NCBI GenBank assembly: GCA_051294375.1
Contig: CM119270.1
Span: 11,077,626-11,141,625, forward strand
Direction: 5' to 3'
DNA from: Paraspadella gotoi
Lineage: Eukaryota > Animalia > Chaetognatha
DNA length: 64,000 nucleotides
The notes beneath the pieces are model-generated. The model did not search any database. It had not been told where the DNA came from and worked only from the letters and a program-made list of their open reading frames with translations. Position 1 is the stretch's first letter. Every line of letters starts with the position of its first letter. Positions 37,774 through 48,463 of the stretch are shown here, piece by piece. The position numbers and the translations under genes were made by a program.

Positions 37774-38531
37774 ATCTCTCTCTCTCTCTCTCCCTCTCCA
37801 TCTGACATCTCTTTTAATACGATCATTTTTCCCTCCTCGGGCCCCAGACCTCTGCGCTGTGTGACACATTGCCGTTGGCACCAACTTGTTCCAAACCATC
37901 TGCTACAAGAGAAAAGGAATAATAATAGAAGGAAATTGCGAAGCCGCGTTCACTTGACCAAATAAACCCGCGCCACCGGCCTGGCACTGTCACCAATTTT
38001 GTGTTGCTGAGAATCGCTGAGAAAACGGTGACACTTTTCAACAGTTCATTCGCACAATTTTTCTTCGAAAAAATGTTTTTTTGATAATGAGAATTTGGGT
38101 GACATCAACGCACCACCGTTTGCAATAATGCCCAAAAATAATGTGTTGAAAATAAAAATTCGTTTTCACTCAAAACTTTGCGTTCATATAATCTTTATAA
38201 CTTATCACCGATCTAGAATATATTGTCCTTTTCGTTTAAAGGTACTGCAACGAGCGCTTGGGTTTTACAGGCGCCATCACCCGCAGCGCGTTGTCATCCT
38301 CGTGGCAACATGCGAGACGCATGTTCATGTAGTCCAGAGCTTTGGATTCTGGAGTAGCCATGCCTACAGGCGCGGTACCGCGTCCATCCCACTTTCTTAC
38401 ATGACAACCTCAGGGCTCGAAACCAGGGACGCACATCATGGATGGTGCCCATTAGTCCACTGCAGCCACCGACGGCGCTGTGAATAGTAACATCTTTAAT
38501 CCATCTGTGTCGGTTGATAGGACCCCAGACA

Positions 38532-38542
38532 GCCGCCCCCAG
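38532..38542 (-). other. Putative polypurine tract
   Basis: Minus strand ..CTGGGGGCGGC lies immediately 5' of the 3' LTR TG; G-rich but imperfect. Confidence 0.5.
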
Positions 38543-38692
38543 GACTCTCGCATTATGCAGAGTTACGAGCAGGGGGATGAAGCGCTTGTCTCTCCGTTGA
38601 ACCTCTTCTTCATTTCGGTTGGCCTTTGCTTTGAGTGGCATCTGTGTAGCTCAAACCACATTCAAGGGTCAGAGGAGTATATCATGCCCGGC

Positions 38693-38727
38693 GTTGCGTG
38701 TTCGGGATCACCGCTCGTGGCTCACCA
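38693..38727 (-). other. Primer-binding site complementary to tRNA-Trp 3' end (extended)
   Basis: The minus strand reads TGGTGAGCCACGAGCGGTGATCCCGAACACGCAAC, 1 nt after the LTR end. It aligns, with a few indels and mismatches, to the complement of metazoan tRNA-Trp ...GTTGCGTGTTCRAATCACGTCGGGGTCACCA (recalled, not searched). Confidence 0.72.
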
Positions 38728-40235
38728 TTGAAAGAGGGGCTGGTTTTACAGCGGCGGCCACACCCGCATGCGTTGTCACTCTCGTGTGCAACAGCGCAGA
38801 TCAGCATGTTCATGTAGTCCAGAGCTTTGGATCTTGGCAGTAGGCCCATGCCCTACTAGGCGGTTACCGGTCCAATCCCACTTCTACATGACAACCTCAA
38901 GGGCTCGAACCAGAAGCACATTGGGATTGTGCATTAGTCCACGAGCCACCGCAGGCGCTGCTGAAAGTAACAGCTTTAATCCATCTCGTGGTGATAGGAC
39001 CACCAGACAGTACGAGTTTTTAATATCGGAAAACTCCTAGGCTTGAAAGATTCACTTTCTTCTTCTTATCTCTCTCTTCTCGGTCTCCGGTCTCTCTCTC
39101 TCTTCTCCATATTTTACCCCGAAAAAAACAAAAGGTACCCCTTAGACGTACGAGTCTGCTGTCCAGCAGTCATGTACTGTTTTTCAATCAATTCAATCAA
39201 TCAATTCAATTCAATTCAATTCAATTTCAATTCTCTCTCTTCTTTCCTCTCTCTCTCTCTCTCTCTCTCNNNNNNNNNNNNNNNNNNNNNNNNNTCTCTC
39301 TCTCTCTCTCTCTCTCCTGTATCATTCATTTTAAAATAAATGCTGAAATATTGAGTCTATCTAATCCGCAAGTTCTGCAGCAACATTATGAGTAAAGGAG
39401 TGGGTGTTAAAATCTAAAACAATTTAAAAAGTTAAGACAATAATTTAGTTTGCTATCGATCTTAGTTCTTTTAACATTATTAACTGATTTTATAAATAGC
39501 AGAGGCTGATAAAAAATTGACGTAAATCAGTTGGCGTAAATCAAATATTTAAAAGTCAAACTTGGAATTAACGATTAAAGTACACTTCGTTAGGCTTAAT
39601 ATAAAGTTTAAAACCATCGAATGAAGAAAATTATTATTTTTAAAATTTTTGTGCAATACCCTAACTTTAACCCTGTAGCTTTAAATACTGAATTTTTAAA
39701 GGACCAGCGAATTGAACAGATCGTAAAGGTTTAGACGATGACCATTTTGATCTCAGTCATTTTACTGTTAGAAGAAAAAAAAATCCTCCATTTCCAGTTT
39801 CGCGTCGAGGAATAAAAAATCCTCGTCGTCGTTCTCGTCGTCGTCTTCCGACTCTTCCTCGCAGCGCCGTCGGCGGCGGATTGATGGGCGGAAGACAAAC
39901 AGAAGGCGAGGACGCCGCGACGCCACGCCACGCCGCCAAGCGCCGCCGAGCACCGCGCCACAATGCGAAACATGTTTGACGCCGAGTTTTTATGGCGGCG
40001 TNNNNNNNNNNNNNNNNNNNNNNNNNNNNNNNNNNNNNNNNNNNNNNNNNNNNNNNNNNNNNNNNNNNNNNNNNNNNNNNNNNNNNNNNNNNNNNNNNNN
40101 NNNNNNNNNNNNNNNNNNNNNNNNNNNNNNNNNNNNNNNNNNNNNNNNNNNNNNNNNNNNNNNNNNNNNNNNNNNNNNNNNNNNNNNNNNNNNNNNNNNN
40201 NNNNNNNNNNNNNNNNNNNNNNNNNNNNNNNNNNN

Positions 40236-40266
<31 letters not shown>

Positions 40267-42805
40267 CGCTCACGGTTCTTGTAAACTGACAAAGTAATGA
40301 AAATTTCAATTAGGATTCGAGGATTTCTTTGCTCTTCTCTCATTTGCTCTCTTTCATTTTAGTCTCATCGTTGTTGTTCCACCTTTAATCAATTTCGGGG
40401 CCAACATATTCTTCTTAGTCTTTTTAAATTGAAAGAAGGAATCATTCTTCTTTTTTTAACTCATTATGAAATTCTCAAGCCATTACTTTCTTTTGTCAGC
40501 TAAAAAGACGCTATTACATAAAGCTACTAGATAATATTTATATTATAATTGTGACTAAAAGTACATTATAGAATTAAAATGAAGAAAATAGTTAAAAATA
40601 AAAGATTTAAGCTTTTTGTAATAACTTAGATAAATACGGGTAGAAATGTGAATTTGGTGAATATGAATATGATAAATGTTAATATGATGAATATACTGAA
40701 TATGACAAAAAGGAATAAAAAAGTTGTCTTCTATTCTTCATGATTTTCAAAAACGACGAAGTTTCTGAAAGACGAAACTGTAATGGACGAAACTGTAATT
40801 ACTTGTTTGGAGAGATATTTGNNNNNNNNNNNNNNNNNNNNNNNNNNNNNNNNNNNNNNNNNNNNNNNNNNNNNNNNNNNNNNNNNNNNNNNNNNNNNNN
40901 NNNNNNNNNNNNNNNNNNNNNNNNNNNNNNNNNNNNNNNNNNNNNNNNNNNNNNNNNNNNNNNNNNNNNNNNNNNNNNNNNNNNNNNNNNNNNNNNNNNN
41001 NNNNNNNNNNNNNNNNNNNNNNNNNNNNNNNNNNNNNNNNNNNNNNNNNNNNNNNNNNNNNNNNNNNNNNNNNNNNNNNNNNNNNNNNNNNNNNNNNNNN
41101 NNNNNNNNNNNNNNNNNNNNNNNNNNNNNNNNNNNNNNNNNNNNNNNNNNNNNNNNNNNNNNNNNNNNNNNNNNNNNNNNNNNNNNNNNNNNNNNNNNNN
41201 NNNNNNNNNNNNNNNNNNNNNNNNNNNNNNNNNNNNNNNNNNNNNNNNNNNNNNNNNNNNNNNNNNNNNNNNNNNNNNNNNNNNNNTCTTTCCAACAACC
41301 ATTATGCCCTTCTGATGGGCCTGCATTTAATCATGAATGGCTGCTGAGATGAGTCGCAGTATGAGCATCGGCTTCGTCGTCGTCATCGTCATCATCGTCG
41401 TCGTCATCGTCGACGTCGGCGTCCCCAGCCGACTCACTTTTCCGACACCGCTGCCGACACTAATTCCTTCGCCGCCGATTCGAGGCTGATTTTCGCTAAT
41501 TTCTTCCAAAACTCGAATTCGTCTCGAGGGAAAGATGAGAAATTATGGGAAAAAATTAGGAAATTATGGGGAATAATGATAATCTTCACCGAAAAAAGGT
41601 TTTGGCAAAATGGTTGACATTAATTAATACAAATTAAATACTTTTAATAAAATTTCGCAAGTTACACTACGGAACAAAATGTAAATAGATTTAAATATTG
41701 CGTCGGGCTTTCACAAATTTCGACGATAATGGTTTCTCTTAAGAGACAAAACAACAATTAAAATTTTAAATCATCCAAAACAACACTTGAATTATTGTCA
41801 GGCCACGCCAGACCGAGTAAAAAAAGTTTTCTGCGATGGCCAAGGAAATAAGTCAAGCTCAATGAACAAAAGGAAATGACTGAAACGACTGATTGTTTAC
41901 AAGACATACGCAACCAAAAATATGTCACTGACAAAGAGGCAATTGATGAACGACTAAACGATCTCGCATCGTGTACCACTGACGAGAGAACTTAAACAAG
42001 TTTATCAGATAATTCGTGTCTAGACATGAAATCACTTTTCTCTTCATTAAATTAGTGAGCATCGGTCGTTCGATCGAATCACGTGACATCGAATTAGTCT
42101 AAATTGAAATCGATGTTCGTCGCACTTCGTTCGCTATCGATCCAAACGGGACCATCGAGCCATTTCTCCACTTTGATTTTTCATTACTTATATATAATCA
42201 AGTAATTTATTTAATTTATTTAGCTTGACTTTTTGTGGTTTTGAGACGTTTACAAAATGTTTACATTTAATATCATATGAATTTTTACGCAAAATTAAAT
42301 CTATTGCTTTTAAATTGAGGAAACCAAAGTAAATTGTGCTACGCGTAAACTATACTCCGATCTTTCCCTCTCCAGAGCATCGCAGTCCCCAAGCTCCATA
42401 TCAGTAAGCACTACTGTTCGTCAGTATGACTGTTTTCAAACGACGCACTCTCAAAGCAACTCAATTTCCAAGCGCCACGTTCACCAATCGCCGATGGGTG
42501 GTTCCATTTGCTAGGAGTCGCCGATTGGCCACTTGTGTTTTGGGATCATTGGAGGAAGAAAAAAAAAAGGAAAGGAAGTCAATAGGAAATCAAAGACACT
42601 TCTCGGTAAGGAAACAGTGAGAAGGAAGGGGCTAGGAGGAAAAGTAAAAGAGAAGGCCAGGGGAGGAATACGGATGAAAGAAAAGGGAGGTAACAGTAAA
42701 TAAGGAGAAGCAAGAAGGAAACCGCAAAAAAAAAGGGAAAGCATGTGTTGCCACCAATAGCAAATTAGTGACCAGAGGTTAGGCTCGCCTGAAGGAGGTC
42801 ATGTT

Positions 42806-42867
<62 letters not shown>

Positions 42868-43402
42868 CTCCCCTTACGCCACCTTCTTTTCCTCCCTTGC
42901 CCTCTCTCATATTATCTCTCATGAGTGACCAAAGTGTTACCCTGTGCCGAGGTCTCATGGCCATTAGATTTGGTTCCCGGCTTCCTTAATGGGATACAGG
43001 GGGCGTCGCACCGATGGCGATCTGTGGAAGGAAGGAAGAAAGAGGAGACGCTTGTCGCTAACATGGGTGAGCGGTACCTTATGGAGACGTAAAAGAAATA
43101 ATTTTAAATTAATATATTATTATATATTTATATATTTATAAACCTTATTATATGTACATTTTTTAAATTGTTTTTATTAGGAATTAATTAACTTACTAAA
43201 TTATAATAAGAATGCTTAATTAAAAAAATATTTTTTAAATATAATTTTAATTGATAAAATATCATAATATTATTATTATTAATTTAAAAAATTTTTATTA
43301 ATCTAAAACCTTCCCACCCTCTGTGATGGTTCCTATCACTGGCGCGATTACCCTAGGACAGTTTTGTTTTGCTCACGAAAAGGGAAGTTGTTAAGACTGT
43401 TA

Positions 43403-44561
43403 ATTAGAGCATAGTGAAAGTTATATACAAAAATTTTAAAAGTTAATTATGAACAACATATCTTCAGTGAACATTAATTTCGCAGTAGGCTATATTTATA
43501 TATATTTTACTGTTTATTGGATTAGTACTAAGTATATTAAATTGTAATAAAAATTCTAAATTTAACTTTAATTAAAATTCTAAAAGTGAGGTACGAACAA
43601 CATTATTTTAATAAACATTTATGTATAAAAAATTGTATAATAAATTTTACAATTTATGCAGTATAATTTATACTGCTACTAATCCAATTATTGTTAAAAT
43701 TTCAAAATAGTTTTTGTAAGATTTTTTGCAGATTTGGATTCGACATGAAAAGTTGATAAAAAAACTATAACTCTTTTTTAACAAGGAATGGTTATTTCAA
43801 GGTGTTTCGCCGTATTTCTTTTTTTTCTTATTTATAATATCATTTAATCCTTATAGTTTATAAGATTTTTTTAAAAACAAAAGGTGTCGCCAGTAGTCGC
43901 TTAGATTTGATTTTTAATAAATGAGCAACAAACTATAGGCAAGTTATAAGAGTTTTTAACGTAAGTGGGACAGACCGACGGATAGACTTACTGAGGTATA
44001 TACCGACTGACAGACCGACCAACTGAAAATTGACTTATCAAGTTGCTCCATGAGTACTCGCGACGCAATTAAAAATTATTTCATTAAGTTGATCAAATAT
44101 ATAAAAAACCTATATTTTAAGCTAAAAATTTAGAGAGAAAAGCTGAAAAAATAAAATTTTGTTTTTTTAATTTGTAACCCACTTAATTAAAAAAATTTAA
44201 AAAATGATTTATATTTTTTTTAACTTTTGACAAGGAATTCAAATCTGTAATAAAAATTAAGAAAAGCCTATTTTCAAATTTTTAGATTTTATAAGGATAA
44301 AACTATATATAGATATAAAAAAATTAAAGAATATAAAATTAATTTTTTTTACAAATTAATGTTCACTGATAGTATTTTGTTTATAATTGATATTTAAAAT
44401 TTTTGTATGTAACTTTCACTATGCTCTAATATATACATATGGCCTTCTGTTTAAATTGTAAAATTTATAATAAAATTTTTTATACAAAAATGATCATTAG
44501 TATAATGCTGTTCTTTCTTCACTTTTAGAATTTTATTTAAAGTTAAATTTAGAATTTTTAC
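43403..44561. repeat. Diverged AT-rich inverted modules in permuted order (A-B ... rcA-rcB)
   Basis: A ~43403-43480 ('attagagcatagtgaaagtta') mirrors ~44353-44430. B ~43545-43656 ('aaaaattctaaatttaacttta') mirrors ~44451-44561. Confidence 0.7.
43900..44075 (-). mobile_element. Possible degenerate DINE-1/HINE-like (non-autonomous Helentron) terminus
   Basis: The minus strand begins TTTTTAATTGC...GCAACT (short hairpin after a T-run), followed by degenerate (GTCG/GTCT)n repeats, a layout typical of DINE-1-like elements. No second terminus was identified. Confidence 0.3.
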
Positions 44562-45019
44562 TACGCTTTACTATGAATGGAACGTAACATATCCATTCCC
44601 CCTCTGATCAAATAGTATTGGCTGAACGATGGTGGACGTGAGATGGTGAGAATATACCGCCACAATTGGAACATTATTCTCGCTCGTGCCCGCAGACCGA
44701 TCGACGGGGCCAAAGCAATTTTGGTTCTGGCTTAAGTCTGGCGAGTAAATGGCTTCCGACTCTTGGAACTTACCAAAGAAAGAGAGAGAGAGAGGAAAAA
44801 ACTTACCAAAGAAAAGAAGGAAGAGAAAAAAAAACGGGGCGGCCATTTGGGCGGAATTTACCTCGGCCGCCTCGGCAGCCCCGCTTCGGCTCGCCCGTAA
44901 AAAGGCTGAGATTCGGGTTCATTGGGGATTAAGAGTGGAAAGAAAAATGATGAAGAGATTTGTTACCAGGAAGAAGAGGGGAAAGGGTAAGAGAGAGGGA
45001 GAGAGAGACGGAGAGGGGA

Positions 45020-45068
45020 GGTGCCGGAGGTGCCGGAGGTGCCGGAGGTGCCGGAGGTGCCGGAGGTG
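45020..45068 (+). repeat. 9-bp minisatellite (GGTGCCGGA) x5.4
   Basis: Directly visible. Confidence 0.9.
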
Positions 45069-45365
45069 GGCAAATGAAAAGAAACTTTCCGAGGGTGAGT
45101 AAGATTTGTAAGCGGACAATTACAGTTCTGAGTAGTAATATCTAAAGCGGTATGTATTGAATAAAGTCTTAGGTAATTAGCATCTAATAGTAGAGGATTT
45201 CTAATAAAAGTAGACGAAATAAGAACATTTTAATGGTTAACGTCGATGTTAACGTCGATGTTGTTTACCATCGTCTTTAATTCAAACGCAACGAATTGAA
45301 AAAAATAATAATAATGACATCGCAGGAGTAATAATAAAAAAAATAATATTAATAATAATAATAAT

Positions 45366-45613
45366 CAAGCGCCACACCCGCAGCGGTGTCACCTCGTGGC
45401 GACAGCGATACAGCATGTTCATCTAGTCCAGAGCTTTGAATCTGGCAGAAGGCCCATGCCTACAGGAGGGTTACCCGGTCCATCCCACTTTCTACATGAC
45501 AACCACTGGGCTCGAACCAGAGACGCACATTGGGATGGTGCATTAGTCCACTGAGCCACTGAGGCGCTGCGAAAGAAATAGCTTTAATCCATCTGTGCTG
45601 ATAGGACCACCAG
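45366..45613 (-). mobile_element. Free near-full-length copy of the TRIM LTR / tRNA-derived SINE-like unit inside (TAA)n
   Basis: Matches both LTRs of 38246-39009. Clean A-box TGGCTCAGTGG (45548-45558) and B-box GGTTCGAGCCC (45508-45518) are 29 nt apart on the minus strand. It lacks ~20 bp at one LTR end and the terminal ACA at the other, and is flanked by AATAATATTAATAATAATAATAAT at 45342-45365 and 45614-45637. Confidence 0.85.
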
Positions 45614-45619
45614 AATAAT

Positions 45620-45699
<80 letters not shown>

Positions 45700-46268
45700 G
45701 TAAAAGTAAAAGCAGAGTGGTAATTTAAGTAGCTCAATCCAGCTTACGACTTAATTTTTTTAAAAAAGATTATAAAAATAAATATTTCAAAAACAACAGA
45801 ACAATTTAACCATAAGAACAAAATATTTTCTAGACGAAGAATAAAAAAATATGAAAAGTAACTGAGTAAAGAGTTATATCGACAAATTCATAATAAAAAA
45901 TCTTTCTTTTTAAAAAAGGTTAAATAATTTTTGACAGTAAGGACTCCAAAGCTCCTTTTCTCCTCCGCCTTCCCTTTTCAATTCCTCAACACCCCCTCGG
46001 TCCCCCTTCGGTCCCCCATCGGTACGGGGGGCCTCCGTACGCATTAACCCCTCCGCTTCCTCCTCCGCTTTTTTGATGGCGGCCACAAGCGAGGATCCAT
46101 ATTTCGTCGCCCTTATCTCAAAGACAAAGGGTTGAAAAGGGAAGTGCCTTCGACGCTAAAACGCCGACGTCAACCCGCCATCGCCTGCGAAACTCGCTCG
46201 CGGTTGGCCGTCCTGCGTTCACGAGGAGAGAGAGAGAGAGAGAGATAGGAGAGAGGAAGGAGGGGAAG

Positions 46269-46335
<67 letters not shown>

Positions 46336-46482
46336 CCGACCGGAAGCCGAGCAAAAAAAGAGAGTGATTCTCGAAAGAGGATATGGCATCCCTTTTTTTT
46401 ATAGATGCCTCCGCCAAAGTGCCTGCGATTCTCTTCTCTCTCTCTTCCTCTCTCTGTCTCTCTCTCTCTCTCTCTGTCTCTT

Positions 46483-46550
<68 letters not shown>

Positions 46551-46598
46551 ATTCTCTCTCTTGGCGTCTCCAGCGCCCGATTTGGGTCTCCCCTTTCC

Positions 46599-46667
46599 AC
46601 TTCCGGTTAAAACGGTGCCATCGGCGACGCAATAACTTAGTCGCTAAGTGCTTGTAACCATGGAAAC
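46599..46667 (+). promoter_or_regulatory. ETS site plus RFX X-box in a CpG-rich segment
   Basis: ACTTCCGG at 46599-46606; GTAACCATGGAAAC at 46654-46667 fits the X-box consensus GTHNYYATRRNAAC; YY1-like GATGGCGGC at ~46075. Confidence 0.35.
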
Positions 46668-48423
46668 AAAATGCTGAGTGCCTCTCGCTTTAACGGTCGG
46701 AAACGGCCTCAACGTCTCACCTTAGATACTTAAAAACGTTGGAATCTCGAAAGAAGAGAGGGCTTTTTTCGCGTTTTCGGTTGTCCCCCTCTGTCCCTCC
46801 TTATGGCTGGATTTTTTCCGGCTTTTGGTCTCTCTCTCCTCTCTCTTCTCGTCTCTTTCCTTCTCTCATCTCTCTCCTCTCTCGTCTCTCTCTCTGTGTG
46901 TTGTGTTTTATAGGATGGTAAAGGAAATTGGAGGTAGTCACTCTTAGATTTCGCTTTTTCGTTTACTCTTCCTTGTTTTTTTCACTCCTACTCTTCTTCC
47001 TTTATTTCAATCTCCTACACTCTACTTCTTCTCTTGCTACTCATCTCGTTGTTCACTTCCTTTAAACGATTTTTCATCCTCTTCCTTTTTATTCGATCCT
47101 CCTCCTCTTCCTCCTCCTTCTTTTCTCTCCCTTATTCCCTTTTCTTCCTCCTCCTTTCAAGAAATCAAGCATTCGAGCCGCAAGAAACAGATTTAAGGAA
47201 GTAATCCTCTGGGAATAAACTGATTCTTCAAGTTGGGTTTAAATCTCGTTGAATTGGGAGGAGAAAAGAAGGAAAAAAAGGAGGAAAAGAGATAGAATTG
47301 AGGGTAAGGGTCGCAGGGCAAAGCGGGTGAGGCTCTAAAATCGGGTGAGTCAAGCTACTGTGGGATGCGAACTGCAATATTCTGTGGGACCTTATCTCTT
47401 TTAGAAATGGCGAGTTTCGTTGTAAATGCCGTCGCTTTTATAGGAAAATATCTTTATAGTCACTTATTCGTTATCCACATTAAGTTCTCCACTTTTATTT
47501 GGATAGTTGATGAAAATTTCAGTTTTATAAAGCCATAAAGTAAAACTTTTCTATCAATTTTAAAATATTTCAAGCTTACGTATATTTTTCTAAATTCAAA
47601 AGCTTCGTTAAGTACGATAATACTGATGTTTTTAGGAAAAAAGGAAAAGATGCTTTTTGAATGATATATTTCAAGTAAAAACTTGTTCTGCTCCAAAACA
47701 TTTAGTGCTCAGTTCTTCGAAATTTCATTTTCTTGATTTTTTATTCTAGAGAGATGCGACGCATAAGACTTTCCGTTATATATTCTCGGCTTTCGAGACA
47801 CTGGAACTCTCGGTCTATTCCTCTTCCATGTATTTCCCTTATATTGGTGAAATTTAAAGGGAGAAATTGGTTCCACGCCTCTCCACTGCTCCCCGCCCCC
47901 ACTCGCTCCACGGCCTTCGAATGTCGACGGGGGGTCGCGTCTCTGGTGAAGAAAACCTCGGTCGGTCGCGGGGAAAGATTGTGAAATGTGATTCCGGGAT
48001 GCGATTCACTCCTCGATTCTATTTATTTCTTTTTTTTTCTAAATTGTGAAAACTGAATTTTTTCTTTCTTAGATGCTGAATTTTATTAAGCTAAGTAAAT
48101 TGGGTTGAAAAATTTGTGATAATGTTCATTTTTACATTATTAATCCTTTTAATTATTGGTTACAAACTCTCGAAAATCTGTGCGATTTAAAACTTTGTAT
48201 GTTCAAATATTATTCTATGTTCAGCTATTTTAAATCTCACTATTTAGAATGGCATATCACACTACTACGATATATTTTAAAATTCCAGTACCATTCTCTT
48301 AAAAACACCCATTCCAATCTTCCAGCGTCTTTTCCCTTTCTACCCTACGTTACCTCTCAACCTCCAAAAGCCGTACGCTACGACTCCCACGAGAACCAAA
48401 GGGGTGGCAATTCAAACGTCGTA

Positions 48424-48463
<40 letters not shown>

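Larger units (their letters stand above)
38246..39009 (-). mobile_element. Non-autonomous LTR retrotransposon (TRIM) with tRNA-like Pol III promoter in the LTRs; Helenus/TRIMp3-like
   Basis: Direct repeats 38246-38531 and 38729-39009 each run TG...CA around a 197-bp internal region. GTAC TSD at 38242-38245 and 39010-39013; empty site GTAC at 33157-33160. PBS and a PPT-like tract abut the LTRs, and B-box (GGTTCGAGCCC-like) and A-box-like motifs are present in both LTRs on the minus strand. Confidence 0.88.
33311..39180 (+). repeat. Tandem duplication unit 2 (contains the TRIM)
   Basis: Colinear with 26829-33310 (palindrome distal arm + satellite + unique tail), very indel-rich, with an extra 764-bp insert. 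Confidence 0.8.

Noticed and set aside
41780-41995. Coding-looking stretch (..LNEQKEMTETTDCLQDIRNQK..), and a similar one at ~11320-11530
   Set aside because: In-frame stops, no recognisable family and no clear splice sites.
44905-44950. 'HWGLRV' as the next PDZ exon after 18770
   Set aside because: No acceptor site, and the downstream sequence does not continue a PDZ pattern.
45440-45480. Twister-like words (GGCCCATGCC..GGAGGG) in the LTR
   Set aside because: Lacks the UAA cleavage loop and the required pseudoknot pairings.
45500-45570. Functional tRNA gene
   Set aside because: A/B boxes are present, but no acceptor stem or canonical cloverleaf forms; it is part of a repeat.
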